This document shows, piece by piece, positions 29,551 to 40,086 of a DNA stretch of 64,000 bases. The translations under genes and the position numbers were made by a program. The notes below the pieces were generated by a model that ran no database searches, was not told where the DNA came from, and worked only from the letters and a program-made list of their open reading frames with translations. Source of the DNA: an uncultured Candidatus Woesearchaeota archaeon (GTDB lineage Archaea > Nanobdellota > Nanobdellia > Woesearchaeales > UBA10107); contig CAWIGF010000001.1 of the NCBI GenBank assembly GCA_963835585.1, positions 125,160-189,159 of the forward strand, written 5' to 3'. Position 1 is the stretch's first letter. Each line of letters opens with the position of its first letter.

Positions 29551-31067
29551 TACGAATTATTGATTGTGGAAGCCAGTTAACGCACAATATTGCAAGAAGA
29601 ATACGTGAGCTTGGAGTATTTGCAGAGGTTGTTCCTTTCAAGACACCCGTATCTCAGATGACAGACAAAGATCTTGAAGGAATAATAATTTCTGGCGGAC
29701 AGTTCAGTGTGCATGATGCAGGAGCTCCTTCTGTGCCTAGAGAAATATTTTATGAACCAGTTCCTATTCTTGGAATATGTTACGGGCAGCAGATTATTGC
29801 GCACCAGCTTGGTGGAAATGTTCGCACTGCAGAGAAAAGGGAATACGGACAGACGAGAATTTCAATAGAAGGTGAAAGTCAGCTATTTAAGGATATTAAG
29901 GATAAATCTTTTGATGTCTGGATGAGCCACGGAGATATTGTAGAAAATATGCCGTCTGGATTCCGCGCTGTTGCATATTCAGAAAGTGGACATCTTGCTG
30001 CGATGCAGCGAAGAAATATCTATACTGTACAATTTCACCCTGAAGTAGATCACACCAAGCACGGAAGAAAGATTCTTGAGAATTTTCTTGATATCTGCAA
30101 AAGCCTAAGAACATGGGACGCTGCAAAAAACTACGACAACATTCTTGAGCAAATGGAAAAAGCTGTCAAAGGAAAAGTTGGCGTCGGTGGCATAAGCGGA
30201 GGAGTAGATTCCTCTGTAGCATCTGTGATAATAGGAAAAGTTGCCGGTAAAGATTATCATCCTATTTTTGTAGACAACGGATTGTTGAGACTTGATGAAG
30301 CAGACCAAGTAAGAGCAAGTCTTGAGCCTTTTGGACTTAATGTTCACTTTGTTGATGCAAGCAAGCGTTTCCTGGATAAATTGAAAGAAGTCGTTGATCC
30401 TGACCAGAAAAGAAAAATAATAGGAAATGAATTTATTGCTGTTTTTGAGGAGGAAGCAAAGAAATTCTCTGGCGCGAGTTATTTGGTACAAGGAACTCTT
30501 TATCCGGATGTGATTGAAAGCGTTCCTGTGTATGGTTCGTCTTCAAAGATAAAGCGGCACCACAATGTTGGAGGGTTGCCTGAGAAAATGGGACTTGACG
30601 TTGTCGAACCGTTCAGAAATCTTTTCAAGGATGAAGTACGGAAAATCGCCGAGGCAAGGCTAGGAATGCCAAAAAACATTGTTTGGAGACATCCATTCCC
30701 AGGACCAGGCTTGGCAGTACGCATAATTGGAGAAGTAACACCCCAGAAACTGGCTATGCTTAGGCAGGCAGACGCTATTTTTATGGACGAACTAAAAAAC
30801 AGGGAATTATATTACAATATAAGCCAGGCATTTGCCGTACTTACAAATGCGCAATCTGTCGGTGTAATGGGTGATGGCGGAACATATGAAGGGGTTATCG
30901 GACTAAGAGCTGTTACTACGAACGATTTCATGACATCTGATTGGTATGATTTCAGAAAAAACGATTTAACACTGATAGCCAATAGAATAATCAATGAGGT
31001 AAAAGGAATCAACAGGGTCGTCTATGACATAAGTCAAAAACCACCATCAACAATAGAATGGGAGTGA
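29547..31067 (+). CDS. guaA: GMP synthase (glutamine-hydrolysing), full length
   Basis: GATase ILGICYGQQ and FHPE, PP-loop SGGVDSSV, and C-terminal PPSTIEWE. Confidence 0.9.
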   Translation: MIRIIDCGSQLTHNIARRIRELGVFAEVVPFKTPVSQMTDKDLEGIIISGGQFSVHDAGAPSVPREIFYEPVPILGICYGQQIIAHQLGGNVRTAEKREYGQTRISIEGESQLFKDIKDKSFDVWMSHGDIVENMPSGFRAVAYSESGHLAAMQRRNIYTVQFHPEVDHTKHGRKILENFLDICKSLRTWDAAKNYDNILEQMEKAVKGKVGVGGISGGVDSSVASVIIGKVAGKDYHPIFVDNGLLRLDEADQVRASLEPFGLNVHFVDASKRFLDKLKEVVDPDQKRKIIGNEFIAVFEEEAKKFSGASYLVQGTLYPDVIESVPVYGSSSKIKRHHNVGGLPEKMGLDVVEPFRNLFKDEVRKIAEARLGMPKNIVWRHPFPGPGLAVRIIGEVTPQKLAMLRQADAIFMDELKNRELYYNISQAFAVLTNAQSVGVMGDGGTYEGVIGLRAVTTNDFMTSDWYDFRKNDLTLIANRIINEVKGINRVVYDISQKPPSTIEWE

Positions 31068-31074
31068 TAATAAA

Positions 31075-32361
31075 ATGGCAAAAGTATTAATCATCGGATC
31101 GGGCGGGAGAGAGCATGCATTAGGATGGAAGATTGCGCAAAGCAATGAAGTTTCCGAGGTGCTGTATGCGCCAGGAAATGCAGGAACACAAGAAGGTAGG
31201 GGAGAGAATATCCCTCTTGATGGTGCGAAGAAGGAGAACTTTCCAAAAATCGAAGAATTGGTGCGTTCACGGAACATCGATCTTGTGATAGTCGGCCCTG
31301 AAGCCCCTTTATGCGATGGCTTAGTTGACTATTTAGGCGCATCCGGACATACACGGGTGTTCGGTCCTCGGCAATCAGCGTCTCAACTGGAGTCTGACAA
31401 GTTCTTCTCATATGAAATCATGAGCGAACTGCATATTCCTCAGGCAAATTCAGTAAAATGTCATACAACCGAATATGCCATGCAGACAATTAATCAATTG
31501 ACGCCATCAGAAGGAATTGTTATAAAAGCGCGAGGATTGACAGGCGGAAAAGGTGTAACTGTCTGCGATTCAAAAGAGCATGCGCTTGAAGAGCTTACGA
31601 AACATGCTAAAGAATACGGACAGGAAGTGCTCATCGCTGAAAGATTGTTCGGACAGGAATTCTCGGTGTTCGGAATCTCAGACGGAAATATGATTTCACC
31701 ATTGGAAATGTCCGTCCAGGACCATAAGCCGCTTCTCGATGGCGATAAAGGTCCGAATACAGGTGGTATGGGTGCGTATTGTCCTGCTCCAATTGCCTCA
31801 GTTGATGTTGTCAAGCATGTCGCTGATAATATCATGACTCCCCTGATCCGAAGAATGAAAGAGAATGGAAATGAATACAAAGGATTTCTCTATGCAGGCA
31901 TGATTATGACAAAAGATGGTCCAAAAGTCATTGAATTCAACATCAGATTCGGGGATCCTGAATGCCAGCCTTCCATGATGATGCTGAAGAGTGATTTGTA
32001 TGCACTCATCTCATCTGCACTCGATGAAAAGCTGCATGAGACAAAGGCAGAATTCAATTGTGGCGCAGCATGCTGTGTCGTTCTTGCTTCACAAGGGTAT
32101 CCAGGAAGCTATAAAAAAGGCTTGCCAATATCAGGACTTGACGAAGCAACTAAAATTGAAAACGTAAAGGTTTTCCACGCTGGCACAAAATCAGAGAATG
32201 GAAATATCATCACTTCAGGCGGAAGAGTTCTTGGCATAACTGGCTACTCTCCTAATGGAATTGCAGCAGCGCAGATACTTACTTATGATGCTGTTTCGAA
32301 AATCAGTATTCCTGATGGTTTTAGTTATAGAAAAGACATCGCTAGCAAAGCATTGAGGTAA
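31075..32361 (+). CDS. purD: GAR synthetase (PurD)
   Basis: KVLIIGSGGREHALGWK, ATP-grasp core and NIRFGDPE. Confidence 0.9.
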   Translation: MAKVLIIGSGGREHALGWKIAQSNEVSEVLYAPGNAGTQEGRGENIPLDGAKKENFPKIEELVRSRNIDLVIVGPEAPLCDGLVDYLGASGHTRVFGPRQSASQLESDKFFSYEIMSELHIPQANSVKCHTTEYAMQTINQLTPSEGIVIKARGLTGGKGVTVCDSKEHALEELTKHAKEYGQEVLIAERLFGQEFSVFGISDGNMISPLEMSVQDHKPLLDGDKGPNTGGMGAYCPAPIASVDVVKHVADNIMTPLIRRMKENGNEYKGFLYAGMIMTKDGPKVIEFNIRFGDPECQPSMMMLKSDLYALISSALDEKLHETKAEFNCGAACCVVLASQGYPGSYKKGLPISGLDEATKIENVKVFHAGTKSENGNIITSGGRVLGITGYSPNGIAAAQILTYDAVSKISIPDGFSYRKDIASKALR

Positions 32362-32363
32362 AA

Positions 32364-33143
32364 ATGACATTGACAAAATTCCACGAACCAAAAGAAGGGG
32401 AGATGCGGGTAGTTGGATTGATGTCAGGAAGCGGCTCGAATTTACGCAGAATAATTGAGTTTGAAAGAAAATTGATAGACACGGATGGAAAATCTCCTTA
32501 CAGAATGGTCGCAATATTCAGTGATAATTATGAAAGCAACGCAAATGAGATTGGTAAAAATTTCGACATCCCTGTAATTACAAGAGATTTAAATGGGTTC
32601 TATGGTGCGAGGAAAAGACCAAAAAAAGATATGCAAATTCGCGAAGAATTCGACAGAGAAACAGTCAAGGCACTTGCTCCTTATGAAGCGACAGTCGCGG
32701 CGTACGGCGGATACATGAGCATAGCGACACAACCTTTGATAAATGCGTTTCTTGGCGTGAATGTCCATCCTGCTGATCTATCAATAATGAATGAAGGCAA
32801 ACGAAAATACACAGGAGATCATGCAGTGCGTGATGCTATTCTCGCTGGTGAAAAGTATATAAGATCGACCACACACATAATCGAAAGTGGTGTCGACCAA
32901 GGAAGGCTCCTTATAATCTCTTCCCCACTTGAAATAAGTGTTAGACCTAATTTTGATTCAGCAAAGAAAGACATGTTAGCCCAGGCAGAAAAGGAAAATC
33001 AAGGTATGCTGAAAGAAACAGGGGATTGGGTTATATTCCCTAAAACATTGGAATATATCGCACAAGGAAGATATGCGCAGGATGAAAAAGGAAATATCTT
33101 CCTTGATGGAAACCAGATACCTAACGGATTCAAGCTTGATTGA
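32364..33143 (+). CDS. purN: GAR formyltransferase-like (PurN family)
   Basis: The GLMSGSGSNL nucleotide-binding start and NVHPADLS resemble the formyltransferase HPSLLP region. Operon context. Confidence 0.65.
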   Translation: MTLTKFHEPKEGEMRVVGLMSGSGSNLRRIIEFERKLIDTDGKSPYRMVAIFSDNYESNANEIGKNFDIPVITRDLNGFYGARKRPKKDMQIREEFDRETVKALAPYEATVAAYGGYMSIATQPLINAFLGVNVHPADLSIMNEGKRKYTGDHAVRDAILAGEKYIRSTTHIIESGVDQGRLLIISSPLEISVRPNFDSAKKDMLAQAEKENQGMLKETGDWVIFPKTLEYIAQGRYAQDEKGNIFLDGNQIPNGFKLD

Positions 33144-33201
33144 GTTGCCACTCACATGAGACAGCGTAATATTTTTATAGTCCGACAATCCATCTTTTGA
33201 A

Positions 33202-34737
33202 ATGGGGCTAAGACTACTTGAGAACAGTTTAAGACTACCTAAAGATGATTTCTTTGAAGGATTAAACGGTCTAGCTCTGACGTACGACGATGTTGTTCTT
33301 TCGACAAACTATTCTGAAATGCTTCCAAGAGATGTGGATATTACATCAAAATTCTCTCGGAGAATTCTTCTAAAAACACCTATTGTCAGTGCTGCCATGG
33401 ATACTGTTACTGAAAGTGATATGGCAATTGCTATGGCAATGATGGGAGGTATTGGTGTCCTACATAAAAATAACACTCCGGAGCGACAGGCTAAGGAAGC
33501 CACACGCGTAAAACTACACATGAATATTTGCATAGACAAACCCATAACAGCATATGAAGATCAGAGGCTTGGAGAAATTCTTGATGTGCTTGTTGAAAAG
33601 AGGTATAAATTTAGAACAATTCCTGTAACAAAAAGAGATGGCAGTTTAACAGGAATTCTCACAGGAAAAGATTTTGAGCCGTTCGGGAATTCATCTCAAT
33701 ATGCAAAAGATGTCATGACTAAAAATGTAACAACAGGAAAACAAAATATGTCACTTGATGATGCATTTGAATTAATGAAGAAAGAGAAGATAACTGTGCT
33801 TCCTCTTGTCGATGAAGTCAAGCATTTAACTGGTCTCTATGTATTCAGCGACCTCAAAAGATTGAAGGATACACAGCACGGTTATAATTTAGATGAAAAA
33901 GGCAGATTATTAGTTGGAGCAGCAGTAGGTGTATATGATTCTGCTTACGCCAGACTTGAATTACTTGCAAAAAAAGGAGTGGATGTTGTTGTCATAGACA
34001 CTGCACATGCCGATTCAAAATCGGTTTTTGAGACGCTGAAAGAAATAAAGAAAAATTATCCAAATATAGATGTCGTTGCTGGAAACATCTCAGAAGGACA
34101 TTCTGCAAAGCGATTACTTGATTTAGGAGCGGATGGCATCAAAGTTGGTCAAGGACCTGGTGCAATATGTACGACGCGAATTGTGACAGGTACTGGAAAA
34201 CCGCAGCTCAGCGCAGTTTATGATTGCGAACGAGCTATCAGAGGAGAAAATGCTGTGCCAATATGCGCAGATGGAGGTTTGAAATACTCAGGTGATATCA
34301 CAAAAGCAATTGCCGTAGGTGCACACTCTGTTATGATGGGCGGCATGCTTGCAGGCACAGAAGAGACACCTGGGGAAATCATAGTCATAAATGGCGTTAA
34401 ATGGAAAGAATACCGTGGCATGGGGTCCCTCGAGGCGATGGCAGAAAATCCGGAGTCCAGGGGAAGATATTTACAAGACAATGTAGATGGGAAAGATAAG
34501 AATAAATTAATACCAGAAGGCATTGTTGGAAGAGTTCTCTATAAAGGACCAGTTTCTAAGGTATTATTTCAATGCATCGGAGGACTGCGATCTGGAATGG
34601 GATATCAAGGAATGAAGAATATCGAAGAACTTCGTAAAAACGCACTTTTATTCAGATTTACGACAGCCGGAAAAACTGAGTCACATCCACACGATATTAC
34701 AATCACCAAAGATGCTCCGAATTACAAGCCCGAATAA
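33202..34737 (+). CDS. guaB: IMP dehydrogenase with CBS pair
   Basis: Catalytic loop [20 protein letters not shown] and a twin-CBS insert. Confidence 0.9.
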   Translation: MGLRLLENSLRLPKDDFFEGLNGLALTYDDVVLSTNYSEMLPRDVDITSKFSRRILLKTPIVSAAMDTVTESDMAIAMAMMGGIGVLHKNNTPERQAKEATRVKLHMNICIDKPITAYEDQRLGEILDVLVEKRYKFRTIPVTKRDGSLTGILTGKDFEPFGNSSQYAKDVMTKNVTTGKQNMSLDDAFELMKKEKITVLPLVDEVKHLTGLYVFSDLKRLKDTQHGYNLDEKGRLLVGAAVGVYDSAYARLELLAKKGVDVVVIDTAHADSKSVFETLKEIKKNYPNIDVVAGNISEGHSAKRLLDLGADGIKVGQGPGAICTTRIVTGTGKPQLSAVYDCERAIRGENAVPICADGGLKYSGDITKAIAVGAHSVMMGGMLAGTEETPGEIIVINGVKWKEYRGMGSLEAMAENPESRGRYLQDNVDGKDKNKLIPEGIVGRVLYKGPVSKVLFQCIGGLRSGMGYQGMKNIEELRKNALLFRFTTAGKTESHPHDITITKDAPNYKPE

Positions 34738-34784
34738 ATAGTATGTTTTATATATTAAGTGGTTAAAGAGTTTGTGGAAATATA

Positions 34785-36554
34785 ATGATTAGTACCACTC
34801 TAACAAAAGAAGAATACAGGAAATTAAAAAGGGATACGTTTGAGGCATTAAAAGACATTCCTCCTGTTGAACTTCTATTCCATGAATCGAAAAGAGAATT
34901 TGCCGTAAATTCTGAAGAAGAAGTTCTTGGAAAAATAATTGACGACCACAATGTCATAACTGTCGTTGGAGGTTATTTTGGAGATGAAGGAAAAGGAAAG
35001 ACAATCAGCGCCATCGCAAAAAACCCGAAAATAAAGATAGTAGGAAGATTCAATTCAGGAGAAAATGCTGGACACACTGTTGTCTGGAATGGTAAAAAAT
35101 ATGTTTTCAACTTAACGCCTTCTGGCATCTTAATCCCAGGAAAGATAAATGTAATAGGTCCTGAATGTGTAATGGACCCAATAAATTATTTGGATAAAGA
35201 GATAAAACAACTCGTCGATGCAGGTATTGATTACAAAGACAGGTTATTCGTCGGAAACGTCCAACTTGTTTTGCCACACTACAAAATAATGGATTTTGCA
35301 TTCAGTCCACCAAACACATCTACACTCATGGGCATGTCATACGCTCACGCTGCAAAAGTTATGAAAAAGGGGTTGAAGCTTGATCATATATTTAATTCAA
35401 GAGATAATCAGGAGAAACGATTAAAATCAGATTTAGAGACATATCAAGCTTTATTGGCATACAAAAAAATAGAAGAGCAGAAAATACTTGACGACCTCGA
35501 AGGGGTAATAGCAAAAGGAGAGAGGAAGATTCCTTATCACTTGATTGAATTTTTAAAAGTGAAGGACAAAGTTGAGTTCATTCTTGATTTATACAAAAAA
35601 AGAGTTGTTGAAAACTCTAATTTCCCAAAGAGGACTGACGTCTCAAAATTAGTAAGGGATGTATTAGAAGAAGGAGGAAAATTATTAGCAGAAGGTTCTC
35701 AATCATCAAATTTAGGAAACAATACAGAAAAATTCACAGACTCAGGAACGTCTGCACAGACAAACGCAGCAGGGGTTGAGGCTTCAGCTAACTATGATAC
35801 ACAAAGATTCAAATCAGCAAGAATCGTCACATTCAAGACACCAGGAGACTCCCGTGTCGGAGACGGAGGAAATCCTTCCTCTTTCGTATATCAGAAATAC
35901 TTCTCAGACAAGGGAATAGACAGTCTAAAAGGAGTGGAAGGAGCTTGTGAAGACTTCGACGAAATACAGAGAATATACTTCAAATCAATACAGAGCAATG
36001 GAATACTTAATCCTGTTGAATACTGCGACAAAAAAGGAGAAATGTATTTAATCAACGAAGCAATGGCCATAGCATCGGCAGTTAAATTTGGAGAGAAAGG
36101 TGCAACAACTGGAAAACCAAGGATTACTGGATTGTTCGACTGTCTATCGGCAAAACAGGTATGCGGAACTGATGGAGGATACATAACTATATCCGCAGTT
36201 GACAGAGGAGATAATCAGGATTTTGTTGGACTGACTGTCGCTTATATTTATCATCATCCTAAAGGAGAGGTCTCTGATTCAAACGGAACTAAGTATCATA
36301 ATGGAGACATAATTAGAGTTGGGGACCCATATCCTTGTGAACAGGTGTTAAGATTCTGTCATCCAATTATCAAAGTAATGCCTGGTTGGAAAGACACACC
36401 AATTGGTGTTGGAAAAAGAAACCCTAACGACCCACTTCCAGAAAACACACAAAAATTCATCGGTACAATAGAAGATATTGTTGGCAGAAGAATCATATCT
36501 ATGGGAAATGGACCTGATACAAAAGATCTTATTTACCTTGAAAGGGCAAGCTGA
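34785..36554 (+). CDS. purA: Adenylosuccinate synthetase (PurA), enlarged
   Basis: GGYFGDEGKGK P-loop, NAGHTV and TPSGIL. 589 aa with an N-terminal extension and internal inserts. Confidence 0.8.
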   Translation: MISTTLTKEEYRKLKRDTFEALKDIPPVELLFHESKREFAVNSEEEVLGKIIDDHNVITVVGGYFGDEGKGKTISAIAKNPKIKIVGRFNSGENAGHTVVWNGKKYVFNLTPSGILIPGKINVIGPECVMDPINYLDKEIKQLVDAGIDYKDRLFVGNVQLVLPHYKIMDFAFSPPNTSTLMGMSYAHAAKVMKKGLKLDHIFNSRDNQEKRLKSDLETYQALLAYKKIEEQKILDDLEGVIAKGERKIPYHLIEFLKVKDKVEFILDLYKKRVVENSNFPKRTDVSKLVRDVLEEGGKLLAEGSQSSNLGNNTEKFTDSGTSAQTNAAGVEASANYDTQRFKSARIVTFKTPGDSRVGDGGNPSSFVYQKYFSDKGIDSLKGVEGACEDFDEIQRIYFKSIQSNGILNPVEYCDKKGEMYLINEAMAIASAVKFGEKGATTGKPRITGLFDCLSAKQVCGTDGGYITISAVDRGDNQDFVGLTVAYIYHHPKGEVSDSNGTKYHNGDIIRVGDPYPCEQVLRFCHPIIKVMPGWKDTPIGVGKRNPNDPLPENTQKFIGTIEDIVGRRIISMGNGPDTKDLIYLERAS

Positions 36555-36587
36555 GATACTTTTTTATAGTGCATAGTTTATTTTCTT

Positions 36588-37634
36588 ATGATGATTGAAC
36601 TCGACGGTAGCTTTGAAGAGGGAGGCGGACAGATAATCCGCACAGCGCTAGGACTTTCTGCATTTACACGAAAACCCTTTCACATAACAAAAATAAGGGA
36701 ATCAAGAGAGAAACCTGGATTAAAAAAACAGCACCTTGAAGCAATACACGCGCTAAAGAAATTATGCAATGCAGAAGTAACGGAAGATTTATTGGGTTCG
36801 ACTGAACTAACATTTGATCCAGGAATATTCAAGCCACAAAAAATTGAGATAGATATAGAAACAGCAGGCTCCATAACATTACTGCTGCAATCACTAATGG
36901 TTCCAATCGTGTTCTCTGATAAAAAAACAACCCTTACAATAAAAGGAGGAACTGATGTTTCATGGAGCATGCCATTTGACTATTTCAGGAATGTATTTGT
37001 TCCTCATATGAAGAACTACGCAAATATAGAGTGCAATTTAATAAAAAGAGGATATTATCCAAAAGGACAAGGAATTGTTGAATTCTCAGCTTCTCCAAAG
37101 CAAAACAAAGAGCAAATCATTTTGGTAAAACAGGAAGCGCTCCTTGCAATAAAAGGAATTGCATACGGCTCATTATCTCTTCAAAAAAGAAATGTCGCGG
37201 AACGAATGGCAGAAACAGCAAGAAAAGAACTGCTGAAACTAGGCGTTCCGGTAACAGTCGAAACAAATTATTCAGAATCAGCATCGGATGTATGCGGCAT
37301 TGTGCTATGGTCGCTGCACGGGACAGAGGATGGTGTTGACATGAAGAATCCAGTCGTTCTTGGGTCTGACTGTCTTGGGGAGAGGAACAAAACTGCAGAA
37401 GATGTAGCGAAAGAGTGTGCCGTAAAATTACAGAATGAAATAAAATCAGGAGCTGCCGTAGACAAGAATTTAGCTGACAATTTAATCCCTTTTCTTGGAA
37501 TTTTGGGGGGAAAGATAAAAACATCAGAGATAACGAAACATACATTGGCGAATATTTATGTTTGCGAGAAATTTCTTGGCGTGAAATACATAATAAACAA
37601 AGAAACTAAAGAGATTACAGTGCTTAGGCCATAG
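36588..37634 (+). CDS. rtcA: RNA 3'-terminal phosphate cyclase
   Basis: N-terminal DGSFEEGGGQIIRTALGLSAF..., then REKPGLKKQHL. Confidence 0.85.
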   Translation: MMIELDGSFEEGGGQIIRTALGLSAFTRKPFHITKIRESREKPGLKKQHLEAIHALKKLCNAEVTEDLLGSTELTFDPGIFKPQKIEIDIETAGSITLLLQSLMVPIVFSDKKTTLTIKGGTDVSWSMPFDYFRNVFVPHMKNYANIECNLIKRGYYPKGQGIVEFSASPKQNKEQIILVKQEALLAIKGIAYGSLSLQKRNVAERMAETARKELLKLGVPVTVETNYSESASDVCGIVLWSLHGTEDGVDMKNPVVLGSDCLGERNKTAEDVAKECAVKLQNEIKSGAAVDKNLADNLIPFLGILGGKIKTSEITKHTLANIYVCEKFLGVKYIINKETKEITVLRP

Positions 37635-39513
37635 TAAGTTCTATGTCAGTCTTCAATTCCAGAATTTCATAATAGACTTTTCTCTTCTCCTCATTCTGAG
37701 GCAATTTTTTGTACATGCTGTTCAATTTGGAATAAATGTCCTTTGCACCCTCTATATTGTATGCTTCAAGCGCCTTTCGCGCCGTCCTAATCATCGATAG
37801 AACATCATAATTTGTAGGATTTTTCTCGTCAATCATAACTTTTGCCTGCTCTACTTTTCTCTCGGTTTGAACCACCTCTGCTTCCTCTGCCTCATTTCCA
37901 ACTATGGTGTCGAACTTCTGCGTTATGAACTCGTCGCGCTCAGCTGTGATGTCCGCAAGCAACTGCTTGATCTGCTGGTCCTTCTCCTGCAGCATCTTGT
38001 CGCGTTCGTTTAAGCTTCGCTCCCTTGTGTTCAACTTGGCATTTATTGCCGCTGCCTTTGATGCTCTTGCTTGAAGGTGTTTTAATTCTTTCTCAAGTGA
38101 CTCTTTTTGTTTCTTCAAAGCAACCACGTTGAGCTTGTATTCCGCGCTCTTGATCATCTTCTGTTCTCTGGCTTCCATATCTGTTTCTTTCTTAGCTAGT
38201 GCCTGTTCTTTTTTAGACAATGATGTATTCTTCTCTTCATACTCGCTATCAAATGATTCTATCCTATCCAATTGCACACTGAACTCACTGACTTTTTTAT
38301 CAAAGGCATTCCTGTCGTCCTCGAGCTCACGAATCTTATCAATGAATTCATCTTCTTTCGCTGCAAGATCCTTCTCATCGGATTCGAGTTGCCTTATTCT
38401 TTGGACGATTTCATCCTCTTTTTCATCAAGCATATTTTGATCGCTCTTGATTCCCGCAACTATTGATTGGTATTGTGACTCCATGGCAGCCAACTGGCTC
38501 TTCTTATCTGCAATGCCCTGTTCAAGCATTCGCTCCTCGGATGTCAACTGGACGATATTATTTCGTGTTGAGACTTCCTGCTTCTGCTCATTCTCTATTT
38601 TATCGGATTCCTTCTTCAACGCCTCGTTCGCGAGACTGATATTGAGCTCCTTTTGCTGAAGATCGACCGCGTATTTCTTCAGAATATCTTCCTTTCCTTC
38701 AAGTTCCTTCTGCTTCTTATTTATCTCGTCATACATTACCTTTCTTTTAGCGTCAAATTCACTTTCAAGCATCACAAGACGCTTATCTGATACCTTGTCC
38801 TTTCTTTCAGCAGCTGCGTACAATTCTTTCACATCATGCATTGCCTGCTTCAATTGCTTATTCTCTTGTGAATATTCGCTCTTCAATTGTTCGACCTGCG
38901 CCATCAGCAACGTCTTTTTCTTATTCAAAATATCAAGCTCAGAAAGTATCGCGGATTTTCTTTTCTCAAACTCGGTTCGTTCCATTTGGATTATGCGCGC
39001 AAGCTTGTTGATTGTTTTCTCCTTCTCTGAAATATCTTTGTTGAGAGCGATTGCAGATCGCTCCTTTGCCGCAATGGCATCCTCCTTATTTTTTATTATC
39101 TGTTCCCTCTCCTGGTATTTCTCCTGCCTTTTCTTCATTAACTCGTCTATCTCCTCAGCGTATTTTATCTGTTTCTTGTGCGCATTCAATGCTGTCTTGA
39201 GTTCAACTGTTTGGTTCTGTAGTGCATCCTTTGAGCGTTTCAATGAATCCAATTCTCCCCATAAATCAGCTCGGTCTTTTTTCAAGGCCAAAGTTTCTTT
39301 TTCCAAATCAGCAAGCTCCTTTCTCATGCTCTTCTCCTTCTCATTGAGCATTTGTTCCTTTTGCTGTAATTTGACACGTAAGTTCAACAAAGAATCTTCT
39401 TGGGAATTAAGTTCTTGGCGGGCAGAAATTGCTGGAACGGGAGGTTTTCCCAACATTTCATCCATTTTTCTAGAAATACTCTCTGGACTCTTTTTTGCCT
39501 TTGACCTAACCAT
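37624..39513 (-). CDS. 629-aa coiled-coil protein, function unknown
   Basis: Uninterrupted ORF. It is E/K/Q/L-rich and heptad-like nearly end to end, with a short globular-looking C-terminus. The opposite-strand ORFs are shadows. Confidence 0.7.
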   Translation of the reverse strand: MVRSKAKKSPESISRKMDEMLGKPPVPAISARQELNSQEDSLLNLRVKLQQKEQMLNEKEKSMRKELADLEKETLALKKDRADLWGELDSLKRSKDALQNQTVELKTALNAHKKQIKYAEEIDELMKKRQEKYQEREQIIKNKEDAIAAKERSAIALNKDISEKEKTINKLARIIQMERTEFEKRKSAILSELDILNKKKTLLMAQVEQLKSEYSQENKQLKQAMHDVKELYAAAERKDKVSDKRLVMLESEFDAKRKVMYDEINKKQKELEGKEDILKKYAVDLQQKELNISLANEALKKESDKIENEQKQEVSTRNNIVQLTSEERMLEQGIADKKSQLAAMESQYQSIVAGIKSDQNMLDEKEDEIVQRIRQLESDEKDLAAKEDEFIDKIRELEDDRNAFDKKVSEFSVQLDRIESFDSEYEEKNTSLSKKEQALAKKETDMEAREQKMIKSAEYKLNVVALKKQKESLEKELKHLQARASKAAAINAKLNTRERSLNERDKMLQEKDQQIKQLLADITAERDEFITQKFDTIVGNEAEEAEVVQTERKVEQAKVMIDEKNPTNYDVLSMIRTARKALEAYNIEGAKDIYSKLNSMYKKLPQNEEKRKVYYEILELKTDIELTMA

Positions 39514-39635
39514 TCTCTTCCCCTATTTAAATGACTTCATAACCTATATATACTTTTTTAACTACTATGGGACGACTACATGCAAGCACCCACAATATTT
39601 ATAAAGGAAGTGGCTGTCGAAAATCATGTGATATT

Positions 39636-39806
39636 ATGGATAAGGAACTAACATGCATTTCATGTAAAAAAGTCGTAACGAACCTTCAAGGAACCGTCAC
39701 GTTCAACTGTCCGTCGTGCAAAACAAAAATAGTAAGATGCGGCCATTGCAGAAGCATAGCGGCAAAATACACATGCCCGGAATGCAGTTTTATAGGACCA
39801 AACTAA
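39636..39806 (+). CDS. Zn-ribbon protein (DUF1610 / HVO_2753-like) preceding aEF-1beta
   Basis: Four CxxC pairs (CISC, CPSC, CGHC, CPEC) and a terminal F.GPN. The pairing with aEF-1beta is conserved. Confidence 0.7.
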   Translation: MDKELTCISCKKVVTNLQGTVTFNCPSCKTKIVRCGHCRSIAAKYTCPECSFIGPN

Positions 39807-39807
39807 T

Positions 39808-40080
39808 ATGGCGAAAGTAATTGTAACTATGAAACTTATGCCGGAGAGCCCTGACGTCAATCTTGGGAGCATTGAAAACGAATCTAAGAATGTTATTTCA
39901 CAATTTGGGGGGAAATTCCAGAGCGCTGAAAAGGAGCCGATTGGATTTGGTCTTGTTGCAATAATCCTTAAATTTTCTGTTGACGAAAGCAAGGGCACGG
40001 ATGAAATTGAATCCGCAATGTGCAAGATAAACGGCGTCGAATCTGCTCAGACTACAATGACAAGTCGAGCAATGGGTTGA
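39808..40080 (+). CDS. ef1b: Elongation factor 1-beta (aEF-1beta)
   Basis: 90 aa. VTMKLMPESPDV...EPIGFGL... is typical of aEF-1beta. Confidence 0.85.
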   Translation: MAKVIVTMKLMPESPDVNLGSIENESKNVISQFGGKFQSAEKEPIGFGLVAIILKFSVDESKGTDEIESAMCKINGVESAQTTMTSRAMG

Positions 40081-40086
40081 ATTTTT

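Noticed and set aside
38129-39604. Ser/Phe-rich plus-strand ORFs (up to 269 aa) opposite the coiled-coil gene
   Set aside because: They are the antisense reading of a GAA/AAG-rich coding sequence, with low-complexity composition. The minus-strand 629-aa ORF explains the region.
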